Assembly (NCBI GenBank): GCA_009692115.1
Contig: SHZU01000004.1
Span: 138,275 to 202,274 of the forward strand
Direction: 5' to 3'
From: Gemmatimonadota bacterium
GTDB lineage: Bacteria > Gemmatimonadota > Gemmatimonadetes > Gemmatimonadales > GWC2-71-9
Length of the DNA stretch: 64,000 bases
Shown: positions 37,139 through 46,750 of the stretch, one piece after another
Layout of the letters: every line of letters begins with the position of its first letter
Position numbering within the stretch: the stretch's first letter is position 1
Program-made: the position numbers and the translations under genes
Notes under the pieces: model-generated
What the model was told of the DNA's origin: nothing
What the model saw: the letters and a program-made list of their open reading frames with translations, nothing else
Database searches by the model: none

Positions 37139-38706
37139 TGGGCGGCCGCTTTCGCTTGTTCCTGCTCGACCAGGATTCGGCGGAGAATCTTGCCCGAGGG
37201 AGACTTCGGAATCGACTCGACGATTTCCACCCGGCGAACCTTGTCGATCGGCGAGACCTTGGAGGCCACGTAGGCCATGATCTCGTCGGGGGTGAGCGGT
37301 GCTTTCAGGACCACGAAGGCTTTCGGAACCTCACCCGCTTCCGGGTCGGGGCTTGGAATGACGGCCGCATCGGCGATGGCGGGATGGCTCAGCAGAACGG
37401 CCTCGAGGTCGGCCGGGGCCACCTGATGGCCCTTGTACTTGATGAGTTCCTTGACCCGGTCGACGATGTAGTAGTAACCGTCGGCGTCGACGTAGCCGAT
37501 ATCTCCGGTGTGGAGCCAGTGGTCCTGGTCAAGCGTCGCGGCGGTTTCGGCCGGGCGATTCAGGTAGCCCTTCATGACGTTCGGCCCCCGCAGCAGGACT
37601 TCGCCCCGGCCGCCGACGTCCTGGTCCAGACCCGTTGCTGGATCGACGATGCGGGCTTCCTGGCTCGGGGCCAGGAAGCCAACGGAACCGTGGCGGACCA
37701 CGGCCGGGTCTCGGGGAGAGAGGTGGCTCGCGCCCGACAACTCGGTCATCCCATAGCCCTGCACCACCAAGCACTTGAGCCGGTTGCCGCAGGCAACCTC
37801 GATCTCCGCGCCGAGCGGTGCGGCGCCCGACATCACAAACTTGAGGGCCGAGAGGTCATACCGGTCGACCACCGGATGTTTCGCCAGGGCGACCACGATC
37901 GGCGGGACCAGCGGCGCTACCGAAACCCGGTACTTGGCCAAGGTGGCGAGGAACGGTTCCAACTCGAACCGGCCGATCACCACCAAGCGGCCGCCGTTCC
38001 ACAGGTTGCTGAGCAGGATCAAGGTCAGCCCGTAGATGTGGAAGAACGGCAGCACGGCGGCGACGGAATCCGTGCTGGTCGGTTGTTGAACCGCAACGAA
38101 CTGGCGCAATTGCGAGACGATGCATTCGTGCGTCAGGATGACCGCTTTCGGGCGGCCGCTGGTGCCGCTCGACCACGGCATGACGGCGATGGCGGTTCTC
38201 GGATCGATGGCGACGTCGACGGCGATCGGATCAACGTCGAACAGGGTGACTAGCGGGGTCGCGCCGGGTGCGGTGCCCAGCACGAACACCTCCTCGACTC
38301 CCGCTCGCTTGGCTCCATCCAGGGCCCGGTCGAGCAGAGCCGGCACAGTAACCAAGAAGCGGGCTTTGGTCTCGCCGAGCTGAGCGGCCAAGTCGTCGGC
38401 GGTGGCGAGCGGGTTCAACGTGGTCGAGGTTCCGCCGGTTTGACTGACGCCGAGGAGGATGGCCGCGTACTCGATCAGATTCGGGAGTAACACGGCAAAG
38501 ACTTGGCCGGGCCCGAACTTTCTCCGGGCCAGGCCCGATGCCAGCCGGCGGGTGTCGTCGACGATCTGACCACAGGTGACATGACGGTCGGTGGCCGCGT
38601 CGATCATGGCCACCTGGTCCGGCCGTTCCTTCATCCGGTCGAGCAGGAGGGTCGAGAACGCGACGTTCGGGTAGCTGACGTCCGGGTACCGGCTTCGGTG
38701 AATCAT
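37135..38706 (-). CDS. AMP-binding acyl-/aryl-CoA ligase (4-coumarate-CoA-ligase-like)
   Basis: ATG 38706 (MIHRSRYPDV...). Motifs MPWSSGTSGRPKAVILTH, QGYGMTE, TGDIGYVDADGYYYIVDRVKELIKYKG and SGKILRR. The track N-terminus (to 39147) lies inside the upstream gene. Confidence 0.9.
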   Translation of the reverse strand: MIHRSRYPDVSYPNVAFSTLLLDRMKERPDQVAMIDAATDRHVTCGQIVDDTRRLASGLARRKFGPGQVFAVLLPNLIEYAAILLGVSQTGGTSTTLNPLATADDLAAQLGETKARFLVTVPALLDRALDGAKRAGVEEVFVLGTAPGATPLVTLFDVDPIAVDVAIDPRTAIAVMPWSSGTSGRPKAVILTHECIVSQLRQFVAVQQPTSTDSVAAVLPFFHIYGLTLILLSNLWNGGRLVVIGRFELEPFLATLAKYRVSVAPLVPPIVVALAKHPVVDRYDLSALKFVMSGAAPLGAEIEVACGNRLKCLVVQGYGMTELSGASHLSPRDPAVVRHGSVGFLAPSQEARIVDPATGLDQDVGGRGEVLLRGPNVMKGYLNRPAETAATLDQDHWLHTGDIGYVDADGYYYIVDRVKELIKYKGHQVAPADLEAVLLSHPAIADAAVIPSPDPEAGEVPKAFVVLKAPLTPDEIMAYVASKVSPIDKVRRVEIVESIPKSPSGKILRRILVEQEQAKAAAQ

Positions 38707-38711
38707 CGCGG

Positions 38712-39776
38712 TCAATCCTGCCGTGGGGCCGGGGTCGGGCGGCCGCCTGGATTCCACTGTGGCTTCGGGCCGTCGGCCAGGAGGCGAACGGCTTTGGCGG
38801 CCGCATTGATGACGGAGGTCATGTGCACCGAGTCGACTTTGTCGGCTTGGTCGCTGGGCTGGTGGTAGTCGGCATGCATGTTGTAGCTCGACAGCGTGTG
38901 CGCCACAATTCCCTTCAGCGCGAACTGGTAGTTGTCGCTTCGACGGAAGAAGTTCTGGGCCGGTCGTTTGTCGGGGACGATCGGGATTCCCGCTGCCGCG
39001 AGGGCCGGGCCCATGGTGCTCCGTTCGTAGCCGGTGAGCCAGGCTCGGCCCGGGCCCCCGGCCAGCGAATCGGGCCGGCCGATCATTTCGATCTCGAGGT
39101 TGAGTGCCATCTGGTCGAGCGGCAGTACGGGGTGGTCGGAATACCACCGAGCGCCCAAGAGTCCCCGTTCCTCGCCGGTCCAGGCCGCGAAAATGATGGT
39201 CCGGCGAGGCTGAGGTCCGGCCTTGAGTTGCTCGGCGATCTTGAGCACGGCGACGACGCCAGAGGCATCGTCGTCGGCGCCGTTGAAGATCGAGTCGCCA
39301 CTCGGATGGGCCCGAACGCCGATGTGGTCGTAGTGGGCCCCCACCACGATGTGCTCTCGGGCCAGTGATGGGTCGGCACCTTCCAATTTGCCCAAGATAT
39401 TGAAGCCCGGAACCCGTTTCGCGGTCGGGAACGAATCGCGGGCGGCGAAACTGGCGACCAAGTTGATCGCCGCCACTTCGCGCTGGTTGACGACCCGAGT
39501 CGTCATGGTCAGCGGGATTCGCTGGAGATAGCCGCTGTCGCCAACCGGCGTGAGCCCGACCCGGGCCATTTCGCGGCTGATGATGCCGGCCGCTTTGGCA
39601 ATCCCGGGTGTCCCCGTGAGCCGTCCCTCGAGGGAGTCGTGGGCGAGTGCCGTGAGGAGGGCCAGTACCGCGGCGGGTGACGAGGCGTTGGGTCCGACAG
39701 ACTCAACCGGGCGGGCACCTCCGCATCCGGTGGCCAGCGCGAGCCCAACCACCATCGAACGGTTACGACTCCACAT
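38712..39776 (-). CDS. M28-family metallo-aminopeptidase, lipoprotein
   Basis: Lipobox LALATGCGG. Motifs GAHYDHIG, GADDDASGVVAVL and FAAWTGEERGLLG. Confidence 0.85.
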   Translation of the reverse strand: MWSRNRSMVVGLALATGCGGARPVESVGPNASSPAAVLALLTALAHDSLEGRLTGTPGIAKAAGIISREMARVGLTPVGDSGYLQRIPLTMTTRVVNQREVAAINLVASFAARDSFPTAKRVPGFNILGKLEGADPSLAREHIVVGAHYDHIGVRAHPSGDSIFNGADDDASGVVAVLKIAEQLKAGPQPRRTIIFAAWTGEERGLLGARWYSDHPVLPLDQMALNLEIEMIGRPDSLAGGPGRAWLTGYERSTMGPALAAAGIPIVPDKRPAQNFFRRSDNYQFALKGIVAHTLSSYNMHADYHQPSDQADKVDSVHMTSVINAAAKAVRLLADGPKPQWNPGGRPTPAPRQD

Positions 39777-41031
39777 AGTCCAAATTCTTTCCGAACGTCT
39801 CTTCCAGTCCGGCTAGGGAGAGATAGGCGATGACCAACGTTGCGGCCCCGACGGCCATGGCGCTGCCTGGAATACCGAGCTCGGGCTTCAGGGCCTGGAA
39901 CACGATGGTCAGCGGCACGACGGCCCCCCGGACGAAGTTCGGGGCAGTTGATGCCACGGTGCCCCGAAGATTGGTGCCGAACTGCTCGGATGCCACCGTG
40001 ACGAATACGGCCCAGTATCCGGAGGTTGCCCCGAGGATTCCGCAGGCCAGATAGAACGCGGTCAGTGAGCCCAGGCCGCCCATGATGAAGTAGTTGGCGA
40101 TTCCGAGCCCGCAGAGCGTGATGAAGACGAGGAGGGCCTTCTTCCGGCTCCGGAGCACTTGACTCAAGGCGCCGCTCAGGAGATCGCCCAAGGTGGCGCC
40201 GATGTAGGCGAACATGACCGCGCGGCCGGCGGTTGGTGCCGTCTCGAGCCCGAGGGCTTTGCCGATTTCAGGCGAGAAGGTGACCAGGATACCCATGACA
40301 AACCAAGTCGGGAGCCCGACGAGTACCACCGACAGGTAGCGGAGGGCTCGGGTTGGAGTCGAAAAGAGCAGAAGCATATTGCCCTTGCCGACGGCCTTCT
40401 TCTTGACCGCCTCGAACATGCCCGACTCGGTGACGCCGATTCGAAGGGCCAGGAGCGAAAGGCCCAGGACCCCGCCGATGACGTAGGCCGTCCGCCACGG
40501 AAACAGGTCGCCGACCAAGCCAGCGACGACCGCGCCAAGGAGGCCGAGACTCGCGACGATGGTGGTGCCCCAGCCGCGCCCTTCGCGGGACATGATTTCC
40601 GCCACCAGCGTGATGCCGGCGCCCAGTTCGCCGGCCAGTCCGATCCCGGCAATGAACCGGAGCCAGGCGTACTGATCGACCGTTTGGACTCCGGCATTGG
40701 CGATGTTGGCCAGGGAATACATCAGGATCGAACCGAACAGCACGGACCGGCGCCCGTAATTGTCGGCCAGGATACCCCAGGCGATCCCGCCGAGGAGCAA
40801 TCCGGTCATCTGCATGTTGATGAGCCGAACCCCGACCGCCAGGACATCCGCTTGGGCGACGCCCAGGCTCAACAGGCTTGGGACCCGCACGATGCTGAAC
40901 AACAGCAGGTCGTAGACGTCGACGAAATACCCGAGGGCCGCGACGAAGACGGCGAGATGGATTCTTCGAGAGGACAAGGGGGTCTTAGTGTTTCGGGGTG
41001 AGGGATGCGGACACGAGGCGCATGAACTCAT
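39763..41031 (-). CDS. MFS transporter
   Basis: 422 aa with about 12 hydrophobic segments. MFS loop motif ADNYGRRSV. The start may lie slightly downstream, because the track start overlaps the upstream gene by 47 nt. Confidence 0.8.
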   Translation of the reverse strand: MSSCASCPHPSPRNTKTPLSSRRIHLAVFVAALGYFVDVYDLLLFSIVRVPSLLSLGVAQADVLAVGVRLINMQMTGLLLGGIAWGILADNYGRRSVLFGSILMYSLANIANAGVQTVDQYAWLRFIAGIGLAGELGAGITLVAEIMSREGRGWGTTIVASLGLLGAVVAGLVGDLFPWRTAYVIGGVLGLSLLALRIGVTESGMFEAVKKKAVGKGNMLLLFSTPTRALRYLSVVLVGLPTWFVMGILVTFSPEIGKALGLETAPTAGRAVMFAYIGATLGDLLSGALSQVLRSRKKALLVFITLCGLGIANYFIMGGLGSLTAFYLACGILGATSGYWAVFVTVASEQFGTNLRGTVASTAPNFVRGAVVPLTIVFQALKPELGIPGSAMAVGAATLVIAYLSLAGLEETFGKNLDYVES

Positions 41032-42124
41032 TGGTCCGGGCGTTGTCGAACCATCGGACCACGACTACGAGATCTTGGGCCGGGTCGATCCAGATGACGT
41101 TGCCGCCGGCGCCCAGGGCAAAAAAACTGGAGGCCGAGGCGGCGGGGAATTGTAAGCGGTCGGTGTTGAGCCACCACATGTAGCCGTAGACCGGGCGGAG
41201 CGGAGTGGGCGTCAGGGCCTTCTCGATCCACTGCTCTGACAGGAGCTGCTTCCCGGCCCAGTTTCCGTGGCGGGCCATCAGGAGGCCAAATCGGGCGTGG
41301 TCGAGGGTGGTGGCCCAGAACCCGCCTCCCCAGTGGCCACCTCCGCTCACCGATGGCATCCGCCGCCCGTCGATCTCGGCGTACGCGTTGAAGTACCCGT
41401 GCCAGAGCCAACTGTCGGACATCCCGATCGGGTCGGCGATGGCTTGCTTGAAGACGTCGGGTAACGGCTTCCGAAACAACCGGAGCAGGGACAGGGCCAG
41501 CCGATTGACGCGAACGTCGTTGTATTCCCAGGTGGTACCGGGCTCGGTCAGGGCCCGGTCGTAGCCCAAACGCCGGTCGGCGACATCGGGCTTGTCCCAG
41601 AGGGTCCCTTCCCATTCGCTGGTCTGGTTGAGGTGCATGTGCCAGGTGATTTTGGCATTGTGGGGGCTGTCGAACCCGCCATCCTTGATGAGCCGGGCTT
41701 CGGGGGCGGTGAGATCGGGAATCAAACCTCGGTCAAAGGCCAACCCCGCCACGGTGGAGAGGTAGCTCTTGGCGACGCTGAAGGTCATGTCGACCTGACT
41801 GGTGTTGCCCCACTCGGCCACCAGGTACCCGTTCTTGATGATGATCCCGTTGGTTTGGGCGCGGTCCTTGACCGGCCCGACGATGGCGGGGAACGGTTCC
41901 TTGGCGGTGTTCTTCTTGATCTGCTCAATGAGGTTGGTCGGCCATCCGATATCCGCGGACCTGGCAAAGGCCACAGCCGCCGCGAGGGCCGCTGAATCGA
42001 GCCCGACCTCGGCGGGCGAGCGCCGCTGCCAGTCGGCCTTGGCCGGGAAGTACCGGCTGGACTGGGCGGTGGCCGGCATCGGCGCGAGCACGCCGAGGAG
42101 AACAAGGATGATTCTACGGAGCAT
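40985..42124 (-). CDS. beta-lactamase-family serine hydrolase, secreted
   Basis: ATG 42124 gives signal MLRRIILVLLGVLAPMPATAQ. SxxK motif in FSVAKSYLSTVAGLAF. The track ORF start 42292 includes a poly-Gly artefact. Confidence 0.8.
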   Translation of the reverse strand: MLRRIILVLLGVLAPMPATAQSSRYFPAKADWQRRSPAEVGLDSAALAAAVAFARSADIGWPTNLIEQIKKNTAKEPFPAIVGPVKDRAQTNGIIIKNGYLVAEWGNTSQVDMTFSVAKSYLSTVAGLAFDRGLIPDLTAPEARLIKDGGFDSPHNAKITWHMHLNQTSEWEGTLWDKPDVADRRLGYDRALTEPGTTWEYNDVRVNRLALSLLRLFRKPLPDVFKQAIADPIGMSDSWLWHGYFNAYAEIDGRRMPSVSGGGHWGGGFWATTLDHARFGLLMARHGNWAGKQLLSEQWIEKALTPTPLRPVYGYMWWLNTDRLQFPAASASSFFALGAGGNVIWIDPAQDLVVVVRWFDNARTNEFMRLVSASLTPKH

Positions 42125-42278
42125 CGCACCCGGCTTTCGAGAAGGCCGGGAGAATATACGCCACCGCAGGCTACGGTGGTTGAAGCGCCGGCGGTCGAGG
42201 TACTTGTGCGTTGTGGGGCGGGTCCGTCGTCTTTTGGGTCCTCCCGGTTCCCCGCCTCCGCCGCCCCCACCGCCGCCG

Positions 42279-42722
42279 GCCGGCAGTGACATCGCGCTCG
42301 GGCTGGCCGCGGTCCAACGGGAGTGCGCCTCGTGTCACGCGTCGCAGGATTGGTTCGATCTCGCCTTCTTCTCGTACTCGGATACGACGATCATCCGGCG
42401 GGCTGTCAAGCACGTCGTTACGACGACTGCTCATCGGATCGTGGCGTACATTCGGTCCCTCAACATCCCTCACGTTCCCTCGGCCAGCGCGCTGTTTCAG
42501 CCCGGCGGGAGAACGGTTGCCGACGACGTCCAGTTCGCGGTCAATCTCTCCGGCCAAGGCACGTGGCCCACGCAGACCACTGCTCAGTTGGTGGCGATCA
42601 ATCCGATTACGACTCCGGTGGCGATGGCCCTACCGAAGTGGTCAGACGAGGGCTCGAACCTCGATTGGCTCCCGGACTCAGCGCCGCCGCCCGGGTTCGG
42701 ATCGACCCGAAGGACGTGGTGA
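42279..42722 (+). pseudogene. c-type cytochrome gene remnant (haem motif CASCH, no signal peptide or start, C-terminally cut)
   Basis: ...GSDIALGLAAVQRECASCHASQDWFDLAFFSYSDTTIIRRAVKHV... with CxxCH at 42324-42338. It is preceded only by a poly-Pro tract and has no plausible start or signal. The reading frame ends where the udk-like frame begins. Confidence 0.4.
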
Positions 42723-43027
42723 TCGTCGACGGGATCATGTTGTTGGCCGATGCCCGGCTACGGGCCTTGTTCGACATCAAGATCTTCGTAGACGTGGCTG
42801 ATGACATTCGGTTCATCCGGCGGCTTGAGCGCGATGTGTCGGAGCGGGGCCGATCAATGGATGGGATAATCCGGCAGTATCTCGGTTCGGTCCGCCCGAT
42901 GCACCTCGAGTTTGTGGAGCCTTCGAAGCGCTACGCCGATGTCATCCTGCCGGAGGGCGGCTACAATCAGGTTGGGGTCGACATGATTCTGGCCCGGGTC
43001 TTCATGGCATTGTCTCGCCGCCGCTAG
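42692..43027 (+). pseudogene. udk: uridine kinase 3' fragment (C-terminal ~110 aa only; P-loop half missing)
   Basis: RIDPKDVVIVDGIMLLADARLRALFDIKIFVDVADDIRFIRRLERDVSERGRSMDGIIRQYLGSVRPMHLEFVEPSKRYADVILPEGG matches the Udk C-terminal half. The upstream in-frame sequence is not Udk-like, and no Walker A is present. Confidence 0.6.
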
Positions 43028-43083
43028 CCTCCGCCGGAGTTTCGGGATACAATTGCGCATCCCGTCGAGCATGGTGATTCTCA

Positions 43084-44709
43084 ATGAAGGTTGTGGTGCT
43101 TGGATCGCTGCTGGCGTTGGTGGCCGTGCCCGTTATGGAGGCCCAGCGCCCGGAGGCGCTGGATTCGGTTTTTTCGGCGTACGATCGGACCGATGGACCC
43201 GGCTGCGCCGTGGCCGTGAGTCGCGATGGGAAGGTGCTGGCCGCCCGCGGTTTTGGAATGTCCGACCTGGCTCAAAACCTCGCGATCACGCCGCACTCGG
43301 TGTTTCATGTGGCGTCGGTCTCGAAGCAGTTCACCGGGATGAGCTTGGTGCTGCTGGCCAAGAGCGGCGCCGTCTCGCTGGATGACGACATCCGGAAGTA
43401 TCTCCCCGAGCTTCCGTCATACAGCCAAGTGGTGACCATCCGTCACCTCCTGACCCACACCGGCGGGATCCGCGACCAGTGGAGTCTGTTGATGACGGCC
43501 GGTTGGCGGCTCGGTGATGACCTGATTACCGAGCAAGACGTGCTCGAGATCGTGGTCCGGCAGCGCTCGCTGAACTTCGCACCGGGGACCGATTGGCTCT
43601 ACAGTAATTCTGGATTCTCGTTGGCCGCTATCATCGTCAAACGGGTCACCGGTAAGACCCTTCGGGAATACGCCGAGGAGCAGATGTTCCGGCCGCTCCA
43701 GATGAGTCAGACCCATTTCCACGATGACAACGGCATGGTGGTCCTAGGCCGAACCCGGGGGTACGGATATCAGGGGGCCTGGAAGGAAACCGTCCCGAAC
43801 TACTCCACGGTCGGGGCGACCAGTCTGTTCACCACGGTGATCGACTTGGTGCAGTGGCACCGGCATCTCGACGAAGGCCTGTTAGGCGGACCGGAATCCC
43901 TCCGGACTTTGCTCACCCCGGCGGTCCTGACCTCGGGTGATTCGCTCAAATACGCCCTCGGGATTCAGCATGGCAGCTACCGGGGGGTGCCGACGATTTC
44001 CCATTCCGGAGGCGATCCGGGCTACCGGACGCATTTACTCCACTTCCCGCGCTTCAAGGGCGGGGTGTCGGTGTTGTGTAACCAGAATGAAGCCAACCCA
44101 GTGCTGTTGGGCGAGCAAACGGCCGATCGGTTCTTCGCGAGCGAGTTGCAACCGGTCCGGATCCCGGGTGATTCGGCAGCCGGGGGGGCGTTGGTCGAGG
44201 CGACCGGGCTCTACTGGAGCGAACAGACCGAGGGCATTGCCACGGTTGAAATCGAGGGCACTCGCTTGGGTTGGAAAACCGGGCCGGTCAGTACCAGGCT
44301 CCGACGACTGACTGAGGATTCCTATTCGATCGGCAACGGGCCGGGGCGGCTCCAGGTGGTGCCGAACGGCGTGGTGGCCCGGACCGGGAACGGGGAGCCG
44401 TCGCGCTATGCTCGCGTCGATGCCTGGGTTCCGAGCGCGGCGGACCGAGCGGCCCTAGCCGGCCGCTATACCAGCGATGAGATCGGGGTCACCTGGCAGA
44501 TTCGGCTCGCCGGCGATACCCTGTCGCTCGAGCGGCGAAAGTTCTCTGCCGCTCCGTTGACCGCGGTGTTTCGAGATACGTATACCGCCAGTTCCGGCGG
44601 CCTCCAACTGGTGATCCGAGCGGTTCGTGACAAAGCAGGAAAAGTGACCGGAGTGACCGTGGGATCCGGACGGGTTCGGCGGGTAGCGTTTTCCAAGGAG
44701 AAGGCATGA
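43084..44709 (+). CDS. beta-lactamase-family serine hydrolase with C-terminal extension domain
   Basis: Signal peptide. SxxK in FHVASVSKQFTGMSLVLL, then YSNSGF and SHSGGDPGY. Its stop overlaps the next ATG (ATGA). Confidence 0.85.
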   Translation: MKVVVLGSLLALVAVPVMEAQRPEALDSVFSAYDRTDGPGCAVAVSRDGKVLAARGFGMSDLAQNLAITPHSVFHVASVSKQFTGMSLVLLAKSGAVSLDDDIRKYLPELPSYSQVVTIRHLLTHTGGIRDQWSLLMTAGWRLGDDLITEQDVLEIVVRQRSLNFAPGTDWLYSNSGFSLAAIIVKRVTGKTLREYAEEQMFRPLQMSQTHFHDDNGMVVLGRTRGYGYQGAWKETVPNYSTVGATSLFTTVIDLVQWHRHLDEGLLGGPESLRTLLTPAVLTSGDSLKYALGIQHGSYRGVPTISHSGGDPGYRTHLLHFPRFKGGVSVLCNQNEANPVLLGEQTADRFFASELQPVRIPGDSAAGGALVEATGLYWSEQTEGIATVEIEGTRLGWKTGPVSTRLRRLTEDSYSIGNGPGRLQVVPNGVVARTGNGEPSRYARVDAWVPSAADRAALAGRYTSDEIGVTWQIRLAGDTLSLERRKFSAAPLTAVFRDTYTASSGGLQLVIRAVRDKAGKVTGVTVGSGRVRRVAFSKEKA

Positions 44710-46748
44710 GACGGATTGCAGCGGCAGTTCTATTTTTCGTTCTGGCGACCTCGGCCGAGGCCCAGAAGGCCCAACTCGGCCCGATGGACATCTTCAACCT
44801 CGAGTACGCGACGAGTCCGGAGATTTCCCCGGACGGCCAGTGGGTCGTGTATGTCCGCCAGTATTTCGATGTCATGACCGACCGGCGGTACTCGAATCTC
44901 TGGATTGCCCGGAGTGACGGGTCCGATCATCGGCCGCTGACGGCGGGCAAGTACACCGAGGGCGAGCCGGTGTGGTCGCCGGACGGGAAGCGGCTGGCCT
45001 ACATCTCGAGTCGCGAGGGTTCTCCGCAGATTTACGTCCGCTGGATGGACAACGGACAAACCTCTCCGATCACCAAGGTGCAGGAGCCGCCGTCCGGGAT
45101 TGCCTGGTCACCGGATGGGGCGATGATTTCGTTCTTCAAGTTGGTGCCGAGCCCGGCCCTGGTGGTGGGCCAGCAGCCGCCTCCGCCGCCCGGAGCGCAA
45201 TGGGCCCCGCCAGCCAAGTACACCAACCGGCTGGTGTTCCGGTTCGACGGCGTCGGCGAGGTGCCGCCCGGGTTCTCGCACCTGTTCGTGGTGCCGTCCG
45301 AAGGTGGCACCGCCCGCCAGTTGACCAGCGGCGATTTTCATCATGGGACGAGTGGCTTCGGAGGTGGCACGGCGTCATGGGCTCCGGACGGTCAGGCGAT
45401 CGTATTCCAGGCGAGTCGCCGGGCCGACGCCGAGCGGCATTTGTTGGAGACTGATCTCTATGAGGTCACCGTGGCCGACGGGCGGCTTCGGCAGTTGACC
45501 GACCGGATGGGGCCGGATGGCTCGGCGGTGGTCTCGCCCGACGGGAAGTTGGTGGCGTATCTCGGATTCGACGACCGAAAAGTCGGCTACCAGAACACTT
45601 TGCTCCATTTGATGAATCGGGACGGCAGTGGGAAACGGGTCCTCTCGACCAAACTCGATCAGAGCGTTGGGGCGGCGGTTTGGTCGGCAGACGGCAAGAG
45701 TCTCGTCGTGGGCTACGACGAAAAGGGCAACAGCAAGGTGGCCGTCATGCTGCTCGACGGGAGCTACCGAGTGGTGGCCAACAATCTTGGGACCGGTGGC
45801 AGCGCGTACGGCGGTGGCTCGTACTCAGTGGCCAGGGACGGTAGCGTGGCGTTTACCACCAGTACTCCGTCGGTGCCGGGCGACATTGCCGTCGTCAGGC
45901 CGACTCAGCCGGTGCGGACGATCACGTCGGTCAATGCCGATGTCATGGCCGACCGGCGGCTTGGGCAGGTTGAGGAGCTCTGGTGGAAGTCGTCCAAGGA
46001 TGGCCGGCCGATTCAGGGGTGGATCATCAAGCCCCCGGATTTCGATCCGGCCAAGAAGTACCCGATGATCCTGGAGATTCACGGCGGTCCGTTCGCGAAC
46101 TACGGCGACCGATTCGACGTTGAAAAGCAGCTGATGGCGGCCGGCGGCTACGTGGTGTTGTACACCAACCCACGGGGCAGCACGAGCTATGGCGAAGAGT
46201 TCGGTAACCTGATTCACCATGCCTATCCGGGCGATGATTTCTTCGATCTCGACTCCGGGGTCGACGCGGTGATTGCCAAGGGATACGTCGACGACAAGAA
46301 CCTGTTCGTAACCGGCGGGAGCGGTGGCGGGGTGCTGACGGCCTGGATGATCGGGCGGACCAACCGGTTCCGGGCGGCGTTGGCGTTCTATCCGGTGATC
46401 AACTGGTACTCGTTTGCCTTGACGGCCGATATGTCGCCGCTGGCCGTCGACAATTGGTTTCCGGGTCTGCCGTGGGACAATCTTCAGAATTATGAGTCGC
46501 GCTCATTGCTGTCAGTGGTCAAGAACGTGAAGACGCCGACCCTGATCATGACGGGGGAAGAGGACTATCGGACCCCGATGTCGGAGTCGGAGCAGTACTA
46601 CAAGGCCCTCAAGCTGCTCGGGGTCGAGACGGTGTTGGTTCGGGTTCCGGGTGAATCGCACGGCATTTGGGGACGGCCCAGCCACGGGATGGCGAAGCTG
46701 ACGACGATGCAGGGCTGGTTCGACCAGCACCGGTCGCAAGTGCCGTAG
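44706..46748 (+). CDS. S9-family serine peptidase (acylaminoacyl-peptidase-like)
   Basis: Signal peptide. Propeller repeats (SPDGQWV, WSPDGKRLAY). Catalytic VTGGSGGGVLTAW, then EEDYRTP and ESHG. Confidence 0.9.
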   Translation: MRRIAAAVLFFVLATSAEAQKAQLGPMDIFNLEYATSPEISPDGQWVVYVRQYFDVMTDRRYSNLWIARSDGSDHRPLTAGKYTEGEPVWSPDGKRLAYISSREGSPQIYVRWMDNGQTSPITKVQEPPSGIAWSPDGAMISFFKLVPSPALVVGQQPPPPPGAQWAPPAKYTNRLVFRFDGVGEVPPGFSHLFVVPSEGGTARQLTSGDFHHGTSGFGGGTASWAPDGQAIVFQASRRADAERHLLETDLYEVTVADGRLRQLTDRMGPDGSAVVSPDGKLVAYLGFDDRKVGYQNTLLHLMNRDGSGKRVLSTKLDQSVGAAVWSADGKSLVVGYDEKGNSKVAVMLLDGSYRVVANNLGTGGSAYGGGSYSVARDGSVAFTTSTPSVPGDIAVVRPTQPVRTITSVNADVMADRRLGQVEELWWKSSKDGRPIQGWIIKPPDFDPAKKYPMILEIHGGPFANYGDRFDVEKQLMAAGGYVVLYTNPRGSTSYGEEFGNLIHHAYPGDDFFDLDSGVDAVIAKGYVDDKNLFVTGGSGGGVLTAWMIGRTNRFRAALAFYPVINWYSFALTADMSPLAVDNWFPGLPWDNLQNYESRSLLSVVKNVKTPTLIMTGEEDYRTPMSESEQYYKALKLLGVETVLVRVPGESHGIWGRPSHGMAKLTTMQGWFDQHRSQVP

Positions 46749-46750
46749 GC

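Noticed and set aside
42243-42290. CCG-rich tract (poly-Pro on +, poly-Gly on -) as a microsatellite or contingency repeat
   Set aside because: It is imperfect (mixed CCG/CCC/CCA/CCT codons) and lies in the remnant region with no intact gene to regulate.
41802-42722. 306-aa plus-strand ORF as an intact gene
   Set aside because: Its first roughly 107 codons are antisense to the serine-hydrolase gene. Only the haem-motif segment from about 42279 looks like real, remnant coding sequence.
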